The notes below the pieces were generated by a model. It did no database searches and was not told the DNA's origin. It saw only the letters and a list, made by a program, of their open reading frames with translations. A DNA stretch of 64,000 nt from Felis catus (taxonomy: Eukaryota). The stretch covers positions 48,734,001-48,798,000 of the forward strand of contig NC_058382.1 in the NCBI RefSeq assembly GCF_018350175.1, read 5' to 3'. Both the position numbers and the translations under genes were made by a program. Below, one piece after another: positions 49,590 to 63,326 of this stretch (position 1 is the first letter of the stretch; every line of letters begins with the position of its first letter).

Positions 49590-51779
49590 CAAGTCATTTT
49601 CAGATGAACACCCATAGCCACCACCCAGGCTGTGGGAGTAGTCCAGAGGCCTCCCCACTCCATCTTCCTTGCCAAGCACAACCCCCTTCCTGTCTCTGAA
49701 GGTGATCACTGCCCTGACATTCATGTTCACTTGAGTCTATTTCTGGATACTCTGTTTCATTAGCCTGATTGCCTAGACCTAAGCCCATATGGAAACGTGG
49801 TTAATAATAAATATGGCCTCTCAAATCATTTAGGAAAAGAGGGATGCTTACATAAATTTTATCAGGATAACTAGATAACTATTTGGAAAAAGATACAATT
49901 ACAGTCCATACCTTAAACCATTCACCAAAATGCCAAGTGAATCAGAACTAAATGTAAAAAAATAAAACCCTAAATATGGTAGCTCTTTGATTTACTAAAA
50001 CAGATAAATTTCAGCTTTGTAGTTGGTTTTGGATTGGGATTTTTTTTCATGCTCTATATAGTTCCCTGTATTGCTAAAAATGGGAACTTTTTCATGCTGT
50101 TTGTGTGTTCCAAACATTTTGTTAAATTCCTTTTCTGCTGATGTAATTGCCCCCATTTCATTTGTCCATAGGAGTTTATCCCTTATTCATTTTTTCCTTA
50201 TAGGTTATAGGGGTTGTGGGAAAGCTAGGTTACGTGCAATGTTTAATCATATACTTAGTAGACACCTTTTCCTTCCTTGGTTTCCCTCTGTCTCCACAGA
50301 GTAGGCTCTTCGTGATTGCTTATTTAACTCCTCTCTGTCATGATGGAGGCTTTTGAAATAATTCGGAATTGAAGATTGTTTTCAGAAATAGTAGATCAAG
50401 AAACTGCTTGGGAACTTTGTACATGGATGGGGCTTACCTGCTATCTGGGTGGCTGGCCAGGGAACCAGACATTCCATGGGGGTGAAGGGGTAAGGATGAG
50501 CTGGGTTATGTTACGGTAACAAATACCCCTGAAACTCCCACTGGCTCAAAACAGAAATGTTTGTTTTTCACTCAAGCCACATTTCCATCCCAGGGATCTT
50601 CACTCATCATGGTTACTCAAGGACCCAGATGGGTAGTGATACCATCTGTGGTGGATTTGTGGTCTCAGGGGCAGGGAAAAGAGAATCTGGCGAACCACAA
50701 ACTGTCTCTTAATGTCTACTCACAATTCCTTGATGCCAAAGGAGTCCCATGGCCATGCCTGAGTTTAGCTGAGATGTGAAACTCTTCTCTAGGTGAAGTA
50801 CCGTGTGTGGATGAGCAATAATACAGTCTATAACACAGAGGGCTCTTCAGAGAGAAGTGCTTGGATGTATGGTTTGGACAGGGGCGGATGGATGCCTGGG
50901 AAGGGAAGGAAGGGGTTAAGTGTTTTACCCACCAGGGAACAGCTGCAGGCTGCCATTCAGCAGGCTAGGAGCTCCTTCCTGTAACATGTTTGGCAAGATT
51001 AGGAACAATTCTTCTTTGCTAGGTGAGAGAAAAGATGGGATCCTAAAACTGTATTGAAAAATCAAAATATTGCAAGGAAAATGAAAATCAAAACATTCTT
51101 TTCTGAGTGTGATTTAGGAATCAGTGCTCCTTCTCACCACCCTTCCAGAAAAATCACAGCTTCTGCAGCAAGTCTATGCCTGGGTGACAACCAACCCACA
51201 AAACTGCAAGAAGATGCCCCCTCTTCCCACTCTTGCTGAACCATGGCTATCAGGGCCAGCCTGTTCCTGAGAATACAGAATTAACACCTTTCATCTAACA
51301 ACGGATTCTGTTCTTGAGCATAATACAGGCTCTTTATGGCAGCATGGTTTCCCTCCAGGGAGAAGGTAGAACATTTGGTGTCAGCATTCAGAGGGATCAG
51401 AGTTTAATCCTCCCTTTGCTATATACCCTTTGTTTTTTTTTTTTTTTTTACATAAAAAAATAATATATTCATTACAAAAATAATTCAAACATTTCATAAA
51501 TATATAAAGTAAAACATGGAAGACTTCCTGCAGTATTTCATTTGTATTTATAACTTGTCATAAAATGGGTAAAGGGAACCATAGAAGGAAAGGGAACCCT
51601 GCCCACTTTGGACCACTGTTCTAGTCTCCCAGGCTTTGTCTCCAGAGCTCTTCCTGTGCAACCCATTTCCATACACCCTTCCCTTCAAGGGAAGGGTCTG
51701 GAATCTCAGCTTTCTTTGCTATGAAGAATAACTAAGTTTTAAGACTTGAGCATACATCAAAAAAAATTTTTTTAAGTAT

Positions 51780-52165
51780 CAAAGTCACCTTAACCATGTG
51801 ATCAAGATTAACATCACCAGTCTATACTTATATAAATACATGATTCAATATATTAATAAATGGGGAAGAGACAAATCTCCCATGTAGAATTCCAAATAAT
51901 TTATGTAGCTACTGTGCCCTCATGGAGGGGGAGCATGCTCCCCACTCCTTAGATGTGCATAGTGACTTCCTTTCAAAGACTAAGGTATGGAAAGGAGGGG
52001 AGGAAGAGTAATTTTACAGTGGAAAAACCTGACAAACACTACCTCAGCCAGGTCATCAAGGTCAACATTAGCGACCTTGCTGACACTGATGTCATGTTGA
52101 TTGTGCCTTTGTTATGTGATGAAAATGAAAATTTACCTCTGTGGTCTTCCTTCAGACTTCCATGT
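51780..52165 (+). mobile_element. L1MC-like 3' region fragment
   Basis: CCTGACAAACACTACCTCAGCCAGGTCATCAAGGTCAACAT motif with an upstream near-copy at 51788; by eye. Confidence 0.6.
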
Positions 52166-52257
52166 TAGACTTTAAAATCATTTTATTATGTAACTCTAAT
52201 GAAATTTGGTTTGTGTTTTTATTCTTGCTTTAAAATGAGAGTATAACTAAGATTTTG

Positions 52258-52379
52258 TTTTTTTTACTTTTTTAAGATTTTATTCTTAAGTAATGTCTAC
52301 ACTCAATGTGGGGCTTGAACTCATGACCCTGAGACCAAGGGTTGAATGCTTCACCAGCTGAGCCAGCCAGGTGTCCTCA

Positions 52380-52432
<53 letters not shown>

Positions 52433-52557
52433 TTTTTTTAAGTTAAATATATATATATATTTTTTTTTTTCTCTTTTTTAGAGAGTGAGAACACAAGCGG
52501 GGAGATGGGTGGGCGGGGAGAGAGAGGGTAGGAGAGAAGGGGGGAGAGAGAGAGGGG

Positions 52558-52597
<40 letters not shown>

Positions 52598-53510
52598 CTT
52601 AAGTAGTCTCCAGGCTCAGTGTGGAACCTGACACAGGGCTCGATACCTCAACCCTGGGATCATGTCACGAGCTAAAATCAAGAGTCGGACTCCCAACCGA
52701 CTGAGCCACCCAGGTGCCCCAATATAATTAGGATTTTAAATATAGGATTCCCATTTATTGAATTTATCTCAATGACTATCTTCCTCTTTTCCCAAATTTC
52801 TAATATTTTTTTATTGCTGTCCAGTGGTATGCTGGTGAATTGTCTCTCTAAAAACAAATAAAACCCTGATTTGTTTAAGTAGGCTCCATGCCCAACGTGG
52901 GGCTTGAACTCAGGACTCTGAGATCAAGAATCACAGGCTCTACTGACTGAGCCAAGCAGTCAACCCAAGCAATTTGTAGTTTTTGCTCATTTCTGTGGTA
53001 AACACACCCAAAATGGCCAGTTTCAAATTAACAGTGACTTACTGCTTGTGTGAGTTTCAGCATGCCACCGTTTTTGTCTAAATTTACTTTAAAAAAAAAA
53101 ATTTTTTTTTAAACGTTTATTTTTGAGAGAGAGGGAGAGACAGAGCATGAACAGGGGAGGATCAGAGAGAGGGAGACACAGAATCTGAAACAGGCTCCAG
53201 GCTCTGAGCTGTCAGCACAGAGCCCGACGTGGGGCTCGAACTCACGGACCGCGAGATCATGACCTGAGCCGAAGTCGGCCGCTTAACCGACTGAGCCACC
53301 CAGACGCCCCACTTTCTTTTTTTAATGTTTGTTTATTTTTGAGAGAGGGGGCAGGGGAGGGGCAGAGAGGCAGACAGAGAATCCAAAGCAGGCTTCAGGC
53401 TCCGAGCTGTCAGCACAGAGTCCGACATGGGGATCAAACCCACAAGCTGTGAAATGATGGACCTGAGCTGAAGTCGGGCACTTAACCAACAGAGCCACCC
53501 ACGCACCCCC
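52258..53510 (-). mobile_element. Cluster of five minus-strand CAN-SINEs (~52265-52377, 52450-52720, 52874-52965, 53100-53310, 53315-53510) with (TG)n at 52384-52421
   Basis: SINE bodies and poly-T tails read directly. Confidence 0.88.
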
Positions 53511-55460
53511 AAATTTACTTCTTAATCTTATGGTCTTTTTTAGTGTAATGTATTCTTTCTCTTTGAGCCTTCGAACATACTTGAAATCTTTTATCAGGGT
53601 ATTCCAAAAAAGTAGTTTCACCCGGGGTGAATCTGAATCTGTTTTGACATTATTTGCACGCTTTCTTAGCATAGATTTCTTCCCCTGACAATCCACAGGT
53701 GAGTTTAGCAGTTGGCTCCATGCAGCTCCTGCCGCTTTGGTCTTTATTCTAGAATCAGGTCTGCTGACATTCAGTAATCTGGGAATATCACAGAACAGGC
53801 AGTCAACAGGATTGTGTCAATTACCTGTTCTAAATTGGGGGTGGGTGGGTAGTCCAAGTCCTCCCGCCGTCTGCCTGGGTCTGGGTCCTAATAAAAGTCT
53901 GCCATCCAGCGGGTGTGCAGGCTGGGTTCTGGTCCGGCTCCCTCCCAGCAGGGAGCCTGACTTTGCATGCGGTGCTTCCAGTACTCTCTACTCCATAAGC
54001 CCTAACAGCCAGTAGCTTGTTTCTGCAGTGGAGCCCAGCAAGCTTTTGGCTTCCGCCCTGCCTCACTACTTTGCATTTTTACTCCATTGCTGGTCCACAG
54101 AAATATTCATCTTGTTTTGGGGTCAGTGTGTTTTCTGTTTTCTGGCTTTTACCTTTTCTAGATCACTGTTGTTTGGGGGCCAAAGTGGGCATCACTTAAC
54201 TGGAACACTGGTGCTCCACCTGGACTCCACCTCCTCACCCTTCCCTCCTTCCCTTGCCCTATCTCCCTTGAGTACCTCTTCTGCCCTCTTGTCCCCTACC
54301 TCTCTGGAATCTTGCTCCCCTTCTCACCCACCTTTCTCTTCTGAACCCCAGCTTGCACCCGCCCCTCACACACTTGCAGGCACTCTGTGCCTGCGCCTGG
54401 CGACACCTGCACGGACATCGAGCCTTTCATTCACTTACATCCACTCCTAATGGACCCTTTGTATTCTGAACCCCTCAGTGGCGAGGACACCCATACCCAC
54501 AGCCCACATCCATAGCTGTGCCACCCAACTGCTCTTAAGGCAACCATAATCACTTGGCAGCAAGCAGGGGAAAACATTTAAAGACCTACAAGAACTTAGA
54601 AAATTTACTGCCACTACAGGAAACATGAGTAAATAATAATACAGGGAGGAGTACAGGCTAAATTGGGATTTATGTTCCTGGGATGAGGACAGCTCTCCTA
54701 GCCATGACAAGAAATCCAGGTTTCTTAAAAATGAAATCCGAGGAACATTAAACTTTCATGCAATATTAGAAAAAAACCCGAATTTGTAAAGACAAACTAG
54801 GAAAACATTCACCGAAGTCTAATTTCCTTAAAATAGCGGTGGCTTAAAATCATTAAGGATTTGACAATCCGATAGTAAAACGATGAGGCAAGAGCGGGCA
54901 ACCCCAAAAGACAAAAGACAAATACCCAGGAAACTGAACACTTGCCAATCCTCACTAAATACAAAACAACAAAAAACAATGATGTAATTTCTTTTTGCTA
55001 TTCAGACTGGCAAATTTGTAAAAATTGAGAATATAGAGGATTGGCAAGCAGGTAAGAACATAGAGGTGTTTTTAGATCACTGCAACAATGTAAGTTGGTA
55101 AAAACTTTTCGGCAGGGGACATCGGGAAGGTATTAAAATTTTAAATGTCCCCACTCTCTGACCCAGCAACTGTACTTCCAGGAATAGATCCTCCAGCGAC
55201 TTTCACAGGGCAGAGGTGAGCGAGGCTGGGCACTGTGGCACCGTGGGCAGCACAATACAGTGGAACCTTGCCATGCCTGTCACTAGAGAAGCCATGAAAT
55301 AAATGCTGGGGCAGCTAATGCTCAATGACGCCATCATCCAAAGAGACATAGATCTGCGTGCTGCACGTGTCACATGTCCAACATACCAGTAAGTGAAGTG
55401 GTAGGTTGCACAAGAGCCTGAATAGAATGTTCACATTTTTGTACAAGAGAAGTGAATATG

Positions 55461-55860
55461 TGGCGCCTAGGTGGCTCAGTTGGTTAAGCATCCAACTCTT
55501 GATTTTGGCTAAGGTCATGATCTTATGGCTCGTGGGACCGAACCCCGCATAGCACAGAGCCTGCTTGGGATTCTCTCTCTGTGCCCACCCCCCCTCACTT
55601 GCACTCAGACTCTCTTTTAAATAAACATTAAAAAAAAAAAAAAAAAAAGATGGGGCGCCTGAGTGGTTCAGTCGGTTAAGTGTCCGACTTTGGCCTAGGT
55701 CATGATCTCACGGTTTGTGGGTTCAAGCCCTGGAATGGGACCTCTGCTGACAGTTCAGAGCCTGGAGCCTGCTTTGGATTCCGTGTCTTCCTTTCTCTTT
55801 GCCCCTCTCCTGCTCACGCTCTCTCAAAAATAAATAAACGTTAAAAAAAAATTTTTTTTA
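55461..55860 (+). mobile_element. Two tandem CAN-SINEs within an old L1 remnant (~54650-55930)
   Basis: Heads at 55461 and 55652 with A tails. Confidence 0.88.
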
Positions 55861-55939
55861 AAGTGGATATACAAATAGAAGGAAATATATCAAATGTTCA
55901 CCAAAATGCTAGCAATGGTTGTCCCAGAGAGGTGGAGAC

Positions 55940-55968
55940 AGAGAGCACTTGTACTTTATATATGCGTG

Positions 55969-56019
<51 letters not shown>

Positions 56020-57108
56020 TTTTTAATGAGCATATATTAGTCTAATAAGCAGAAAAATACAAATAAAAACAAATCATGATTAGTAAAGCCTTTCATAACT
56101 ACTTTAAAATTTCTTAACATAATGATGGGTATAACTCGAATTTCTCTGTCCTTATTCATATAGGTGATGTATGAATTAAAGTAACCAATAGGCCCAGTAT
56201 TATGGATAAAGAAAGAGCAGAGTTTTAACTTGGTCATAACTTCCTTTCCAAATTCTCCTGCTCATCTCCAGGCACGGTGTGACACCCACCGATAAGAATC
56301 AACTCACTTGGCCAGGTGCGTGTCAGAAACGCACCTGGTCTCCCCTGGCTGCCATGACTGACTCCCAGTGCCTGAGCAGACACAGCAACCACAGGAAAGG
56401 GAAGTCCCAGATTCTCACAGGATTCGTCTACCCTTGCCAGACCAAGTCCTCTGAAGATTCGCTGATTTCCATGTCTCTCTCCAAATCGGAGGTTTACAAT
56501 GTGCTCACCCAGAGAGAAGCAGGGACATCCTCTGGTACTGAGAACAGGGGTAAAAGGGGTCAGCCAGCCTTCTCTGGATTTAGGAGAAGGAAGATGGCCT
56601 CAAGGGCGGGAGACATTGGTGGCAGGTCTCCGGTCAGGGACAGAGAAGGGAGAGCGCTCCCAGGTCTCCCCGCTGCTGCTCCCCACACTCCATCCATGCA
56701 GTGGGGCTCCCATGCCTGTGCTGCTGAGCCTCTCCTGCACCTACATCAACCATTTCTTCAGAGACTGGAAATGGGTCCTAACACCCCACAACAAAACAAG
56801 CAGGGGACCCTAGGCTCAGCCATTACCAACAGCAACCAGATTATTATAAAGATGGGGAAAACCATAGCTTAAAAGGGCAGAGGTGGGGGGAGGACTAAAT
56901 TTTCCAAAACGTAAAATTTTCCTTCTACCTTCCCCAATCATTTGCACAATTTTTGTAAAGTCCAAACGTAATTTAAAATGAGGTAGGTAGTTTCTCTCTC
57001 CTCTGCCTCCTCTTCTTTGTGGCGACTGTCGAGGCCTGTGCCGTGAAAGCACCAGTCTCCCGTGCAGGGGGAGCACCAGGGGTGGGCACTGGTGACTGAC
57101 GGAGCTTC
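55940..57108 (-). other. DDX19A: DDX19A 3'UTR (end approximate)
   Basis: Unique sequence after the stop, AU-rich distally; ATTAAA at 56027-56022 and TATAAA at 55960-55955 on the minus strand. Confidence 0.55.
55972..56017. repeat. (AC)23 microsatellite at the DDX19A 3' end
   Basis: Read directly. Confidence 0.96.
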
Positions 57109-57170
57109 TCAGTTGGCTATTTTCTCAATCTCATCCAAATCATCTGTGTCCAATCTTTCTATTTTCTTAT
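57109..57170 (-). CDS. DDX19A: DDX19A terminal coding exon; not in the ORF track
   Basis: CCCCAG| acceptor; (N)KKIERLDTDDLDEIEKIAN, TGA at 57111-57109. A versus B paralog rests on adjacency to ST3GAL2 (known mammalian order DDX19B-DDX19A-ST3GAL2), not on sequence. Confidence 0.9.
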
Positions 57171-57556
57171 CTGGGGAAAAAAAGAGAATTTACAGAGACA
57201 TCCACACGGGGCTATCATGAACACACACACCTAGGGAAGGGACAGCACAGCAGGGAGGGAGGAGGCAGACGGGTTTCTGCCCCCATGCCAAGCCTCTGGC
57301 CACAGCAAACTTTCATGAAACCCCACGGGCTCCTGGTGCCTGAGCACGGGACAGAGCCCTAGGCCCTTCAAGCCTGGCCAAGGGGGCGCTGTTGTTCGAG
57401 TTCCTGACCCGAACTCACCAGGTGTGCTCTTCGAGAACTTCCATATTGTAGGAAAGGAGGGGAATGTGACAAGGACAAAGGCCTCTCGAGGAGGCCCCAG
57501 GAGAACCTGCCCCTCTAAGGAAAGGGCCCTGGCAGGGGACACTCCCAGGCACTCAC

Positions 57557-57748
57557 TAAAATGCTCCTGGATTCTGTTCAGGATGTTCATGCTGTGCTTG
57601 CTGTCGACCATGTTCACTGCCAGGCCCCTCTTGCCAAAGCGGCCCGTGCGCCCGATCCGGTGCAGGTAGGTCTCGTTGTCCGGGTTCCCATCCTTGTCCA
57701 CGGGAAGGTCAAAGTTGATGACGACAGATACCTGTTCAACATCAATAC
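57557..57748 (-). CDS. DDX19A: DDX19A penultimate exon (motif [10 protein letters not shown])
   Basis: (G)[63 protein letters not shown]; donor A|GTGAGT; 192 nt. Confidence 0.94.
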
Positions 57749-58237
57749 CTGCACGAAAGAGGGGTGGAGTCAGGACGGGAAACAAAAACCACCACCCACC
57801 ACCAGGCGAGGCTGCCACACGCCAGCATCAGGTGGAGGAAGAGTCTGGGGCAGGCCAGCTCTGGGATTCGGGGACCGGGGGCACGCAGCAGAATCCAGAG
57901 GGAAAAACAGAACTCTGGCAGGTGCTAACAAAATTATGACCTCGCTAGAAGAGCCTCTGCTAGATACAAGAATCTGGAGATGCGGCCGAAACTTCACTAG
58001 GGGCCCCCAGGAGAGCAGGCACCATTCACTCTAAACCAGTCACTGCCTGTTTCCTTCCACCACATCAGGACTCCTGGCTTCTGTGAAAGTTCTCATCTGC
58101 TGGGGGAATCCAGCCTCTCCCAGAAAACAAAGTCAGCACCAACCCCAGCTGGACTCCCCCGAACCATCTGAGCGTCCCGTACGGGAGCCCTGCGCTCGCC
58201 ATCCGGAGCCAGGCGAACAGGCACATTCTCTGCTCAC

Positions 58238-58400
58238 CGCGGGCACACACGTTGGTGGTCACCAGCACCTTCTCTTTGCCCTCTCGGAAGCGCTCGATCA
58301 CCGCAGCCCTCTGCTCCACCATCATCTCGCCGCTCAGCAGAGCCACCTGGTGGCCTTCTTTGGAGAGCTCTGCTGCCAGCCAACTAGCCGTTTTGCGGGT
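58238..58400 (-). CDS. DDX19A: DDX19A exon (motifs IVa and V)
   Basis: TRKTASWLAAELSKEGHQVALLSGEMMVEQRAAVIERFREGKEKVLVTTNVCAR(G); donor G|GTGAGC; 163 nt. Confidence 0.94.
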
Positions 58401-58951
58401 CTGGAGTGAAAAGAATGGTTTTAAATGGAGATACCTGGAAAAATAAAAACAAAAACAAACCTGCCAAAAAGTGGCTTGTTTCCATTAAAATACGTGAAAG
58501 CCTGCTGAGTTCAGCCACCAGGGTAGGCTTACCAATTTTACAAAGACAATTTTAGCCATGTGAATTTTTTTTGGATGAATTACTTAAATCATCTTAGTGT
58601 TCAGCTAGGAAGAGTGTGGTAGGAGCCAATATCTTCATTCTCAAATAGTCTATATTCTTAATGTTATATAATCATTTCATTGGATGTTATCTGGAGTTTT
58701 TCCCAAGGTATGTCTAAGAGGTGGGGCCAAAGAAAAGTTCAATTCTTCACAGTCTTTCCCTCATAACTCATTATAGTCTGAGGAGAATATGCCCTGGGGC
58801 AGGTGGAGGTGCTTCATCATTTCCTTTCTGGCCACACAGAGGACACCCAGTCCTCCTCAGCACTGAGGTGGAGCTGGCTGAAGGGAGGGCCAGGCACACC
58901 CTCCAGTGGAGCTCCTCCCCCGGCAGGCCTGCTGCTGCCACTGCTACTCAC

Positions 58952-59189
58952 GTGGCAGAAGATCATGGCCTGAGCAATGGTGATGGCCCCGTAGAGGTTA
59001 CACAAGGCCTGGAACTTCTCATCTCTGTTATTGCACAGGACGTAATACTGCTTGATGGTGTCCAACGTCTCCTCCTCACGCTTCAGTTTGATAATGTTTG
59101 GGTCTGGGACCACTTTCTGGGCAAATTTCCATACAGAGTCCTCAAAGGTGGCAGAGAAAAGCAGCATCTGGCAGTTCCTGGGCAGCATC
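58952..59189 (-). CDS. DDX19A: DDX19A exon (motif III SAT, start of motif IV)
   Basis: MLPRNCQMLLFSATFEDSVWKFAQKVVPDPNIIKLKREEETLDTIKQYYVLCNNRDEKFQALCNLYGAITIAQAMIFCH; donor CAC|GTGAGT; 238 nt. Confidence 0.94.
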
Positions 59190-59569
59190 CTGCAAGGGAA
59201 GACCCAGGTATGTGGCATGACCCCGAGTCTTTCCCTGGAAGGAACAGAAGACAGCCACCCCAGGCTTGGATGCTCTACACGCCGGGGAAAGAGGCAAAAG
59301 GGGGGAGGAGAACAGCAGGGAGGAGGCAAGAGCAGCCATGGGGCAGGGAGGGGGCTGGTGTTAGATTCCCTAAGTCTCCTTCCTCAACCCGTGATCAGTG
59401 CTGGCGAGCAAATGGCCCATCCAAAAAATGCTCCTGAAGGTCCTAAAAGCAAATAACCTAGATGGAGAAAGAAGAGGAGTTAAATACAGCAGGAGGAAAC
59501 ACAGTGAACAAGAAGATCTTTACTTGCAAGTCAGAAGACAGACGTTCATCTTGGCTTAAGAGTTCCTAC

Positions 59570-59747
59570 CTCTGGATGCGGATGCTCTGGTCTTGGTGGC
59601 CCTGAGTAGCTATCATCACGTCAGCCTCATCCAGAACAAACACCTTGATCTTCTTAGGGTCAATGAACTTGAGCTTGGCGCACCAGTCCAGAACAGTCCC
59701 AGGGGTGCCAATGACAATGTGTTCACTGATCTTCTGACCTCTTTCCA
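59570..59747 (-). CDS. DDX19A: DDX19A exon (motifs Ib and II, DEAD)
   Basis: (L)ERGQKISEHIVIGTPGTVLDWCAKLKFIDPKKIKVFVLDEADVMIATQGHQDQSIRIQR; AG/GT flanks; 178 nt. Confidence 0.94.
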
Positions 59748-60179
59748 CTGTGAGACAAGATGTTTTCCGTGGGTATTTCCATGGCAAAACCAGCTTTGGA
59801 AATCAAAGCCTTGCCCATCCTTTCAGAGTTTGTAAAACTAGTTAATTCCAGATGTCAAAACACACAGGATTGTTATCCAAAAGTCTTGGGTTCTACTGTA
59901 AAGCAGGCACAGTGGCACCTATTTAACTGCATTGTGCTCAGGATTAAATCCCATGCAGTGACCCCTCAGTGTCATTTCTCATTCCTACTTCCTTCTGATC
60001 CAGCGTTGTCCCCCTCATTCCCCTCAACATTTCATATCATGCATTCACTCATGATCACAGATTTTCTCTTAAATTGGTAGTTGTGACTACCAGGATCCTG
60101 GCCCAATGAGTTTTTGTTTCATGAGACATTCTGACATGTAGACAGTTTTCCTAAGTACAAATTCTCTGACTCAAAAAAC

Positions 60180-61135
60180 ACATTACTTTCAAATTATAGC
60201 TGGTGGAAGTTGAAACCAGTACAACCATCTATCAAAATTGCTAATGCAGAGCCTGTGACCAGGATTTCCGCTATTAGGAATTAATCCTGTATGTGTATTA
60301 ACGTGTGAAATAACATATATGCAAGGATATACACACTTCAAAAAGTAACTAATTAAGCAAAATATGATACACCCAATGGATGTTGCCAATCCAAGTATAA
60401 AACTGCTTAGGAACTGATAGGGAACAATCTCCAAAATACATTATTAAATGTGAAAAAAATTTACAGAGCAGTTTGTATAACACAAGAGGCAAAAAAGAAT
60501 ACATGTAATAAATGTACATGTGTGTGAGTACATATTTATACACACACACTTACATACACACTGTGTGCCTGCAGCCACATCTCTGGTGTGCCACATGAGA
60601 AACTAGTTAGTACTGAGTGCCTAAATTTAGGAAGGAGAACTAGGTGGTTGGGGGGGATGAGACAAAGTTTCAACCACATATCCTTTCAATTTAACACATG
60701 CGAACGTGTTAACTATTTTAAAAGCAAAATTTAGGGGTGCCTGGGTGGCTTAGTAAGTTAAGCATCTGACTCTTGATCTCAGCTCAGGTCTTGATCTCGG
60801 GGTCGTGAGTTCAAGACCCATACTGGGCTCCGCACTGGGTGTGAAGCCTACTTTAAAAAAAAAAATAAGTAAAAACAAAAACAAAATTTACAACTTGAGA
60901 AAGGACTTTCATTAGAGATGCATCAATTGGTGAGCCTGAGTGGCTCAGTCAGTTAAGCGTCCAACTCTTTATTTCGGCTCAGGTCATAATCTCATAATTC
61001 ATGAGATTGAGCCCATGTATGGTTCTGTACTGACAGTACAGAGCTTGCTTGGGAGTCTCTCTCTCTGCTACTCCCCGCCCTCCCAGCACAATCTCTCTCT
61101 CTCTCTGTCAAAATAAATAAACTTAAAAAAGAAAA
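60180..61135 (+). mobile_element. Old L1 3' remnant followed by two CAN-SINEs (60734-60865, 60929-61135)
   Basis: Degenerate L1 motifs; SINE heads and tails. Confidence 0.75.
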
Positions 61136-61249
61136 TTTATCAATTATCTAATTATACATTGGAAGAATTTTGAATTAACTGAAACACATTGTAGTTCTCA
61201 ATGTCCATTGCCTGAGAGTCAAAATTGAACCTTTAAAAAATAATACATT

Positions 61250-62366
61250 AAATGTAATTAATATATTAATCCTTCACACACAATGAAGTCCCAGGTTATT
61301 TACAAAGCACTCTAAAGAAGATGTACGTTGTCACAATATTGTGGTATGCTTTACTTCAACGTACCCACCAGTTTGAAGCATCAAATAAACACACAAAAAT
61401 AATCAACCTAATAATTTTTGGATAAAGTAGTTTTGCTGCATGTTGAAGCATGATGGTTTTCTCCAGGAAAAGCTCTTTTGTGATTATGTGGTGAGCTGAA
61501 CTAGCCATTTCTCTCTGTTAACTGACAAACCAGAAAAAATGAAGTTGGGAATTTGATATACACTTTCTTGAAGATGAACAGAGTCTGTCTCTTCAATGAA
61601 AATAATCCACTGTATCTGCTGCCACTGTAACATTTAAGCTTTCAAGAGAAAATGATTATTAGAGTTTTGGAACACTTGTATGCGCCACTAAGTTTGAGTT
61701 TCTTGATGTGTATAAATTCCTCTGATGAATTTGGTGGTAATATTAGTGCAGGTAATTTAAAGTCTGTATAACAAAATGTCTCAACATTTGGAAGGTCAGT
61801 GTTACCCAGGTATTTTTTTTCAATTTTTCTAATGTATATTTATTTCTGAGAAAGAGAGACAGAGTTCAAGTGGGGTAGTCAGAGAGAGAGGCAGACACAG
61901 AATCTGAAGCAGACTCCAGGCTCTGAGCTGTCAGCACAGAGCCCGATGCAGGGCTCGAACCCATGAACTGCAAGATCATGACCTAAGTCGAAATCAGACG
62001 CTTAACCAACTGAGCCACCCAAGTGCCCCCAAATGACCAAGGTATTTTAATGTAACAGTATGAAAAATTCAGTAGTATGATTTCAGATTCCACATTGGAA
62101 CTAACTCTTAAGTAATTACCACTTGTTAAGTTTTGGTGTCACATCCAAAAAAGAGTATCTAAAATTATCTGAAAGGCCAGACTTTCTTCATATTCTTCTA
62201 AAGTAAGTATTTTCAGAAATTTCTCAAAAAAAAAAAAAAAGTAATTTCTCAATTTTAGCTTCTACTATGGCAAATATCGAAAGATAAAACCTGTATAAAC
62301 AAAAATGCTTTGGGATCCTCAGTAATGTTTAAGAGTATAAGAAACCAACAAGTTTGAGAACCACTG
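61250..62366. mobile_element. hAT-Charlie (Charlie1-like) DNA transposon remnant with inserted SINE (- 61812-62030)
   Basis: TGAGCTGAACTAGCC; TTTCAGATTCCACATTG; terminus AAGTTTGAGAACCACTG; by eye. Confidence 0.65.
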
Positions 62367-62432
62367 TTCCAGGCACTTACAAACTGCTGGGTCAAAGGAA
62401 TGTCTGTCTTTAGTTTTTCTTTTAAAAAAAAG

Positions 62433-63326
62433 TTTTTTTAAAACGTTTATTCATTTTTGAGAGACAGAGAGAGACAGAGTATGAGTGGGGAAGGGGCAGA
62501 GAGAGAGGGAGACACAGAATCTGAAGCAGGCTCCAGGCTCTGAGCTGTCAGCACAGGGGCTTGAACTCACAAACGGCAAGATCATGAGCCGAAGTCGGAT
62601 GCTCAACTGACTGAGCCACCCAGGTGCCCCTGTTTTTAGTTTTTCTAAGTAATGCCAAACTGCTTCCAGAAAGTAACTGTACCAATGTAAACTCCCCACC
62701 AGAAGTGTATGGGCATTCTAGTTTGGTTTTTGTGGTTTTTTAAATTTATTTTGAGAGAGAGAGGGAAAGAGCATTAGTGAGCTCTCAAGTGGGGGGGGGG
62801 GGGGGGGGAGGGGAGAGAATCCCAAGCAGGCTCCTCACTGTTAGTGTGGAGCCCAGCACAGGGCTCAATCCCACAAGCCGTGAGATCATGACCTGAGCTG
62901 AAATCAATAGCTGGACGCTCAACCAACTGAGCCACCCAGGTGTCCCGGGCATGCCAGTTCTTGTTCGTCTGCATCAACACTTGGCATTGTCAGACTTCAT
63001 TTTTGCCCATCTGGGAAGCACAGAGTGGTTTTAGGTTTACATTTCCCTGATGACAAACGAGGCTTATCATATTTACTGGCCGTCTGAATTCCCTTCTTTT
63101 GTGCAGTGTCTGTTCAACTGGGCCTCTTCTGTCCATTTTCCTATTAGACTGCCTACTTTTTTCTTACTGAATTACAGTTTTATATACTCTGTTAACTTCC
63201 TTTTTAAGTAGGCGTCATGCCCAGCGTGGAGCCTAATGTGGGGCTTGAACTCATGACCCTGAGATCAAGACCCTGAGTGATACCAAGAGTCGGACACTGA
63301 ACCAAGCGAGCCAACTAGGCGCTCCC
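62433..63326 (-). mobile_element. Three minus-strand CAN-SINEs (62433-62630, 62735-62947, 63200-63326) within an old L1
   Basis: SINE bodies read directly; L1 remnants between. Confidence 0.85.

Noticed and set aside
56279..59437. Long + strand ORFs (197, 157 and 238 aa)
   Set aside because: Antisense shadows of DDX19A exons and 3'UTR; no independent coding signal
6658..63326. Recurrent ORFs of the MAQSV...SAQVMIS...SGSVLTAQSLEPA type, and tRNA-like A/B boxes
   Set aside because: All are CAN-SINE copies, which are tRNA-derived; neither a protein family nor tRNA genes
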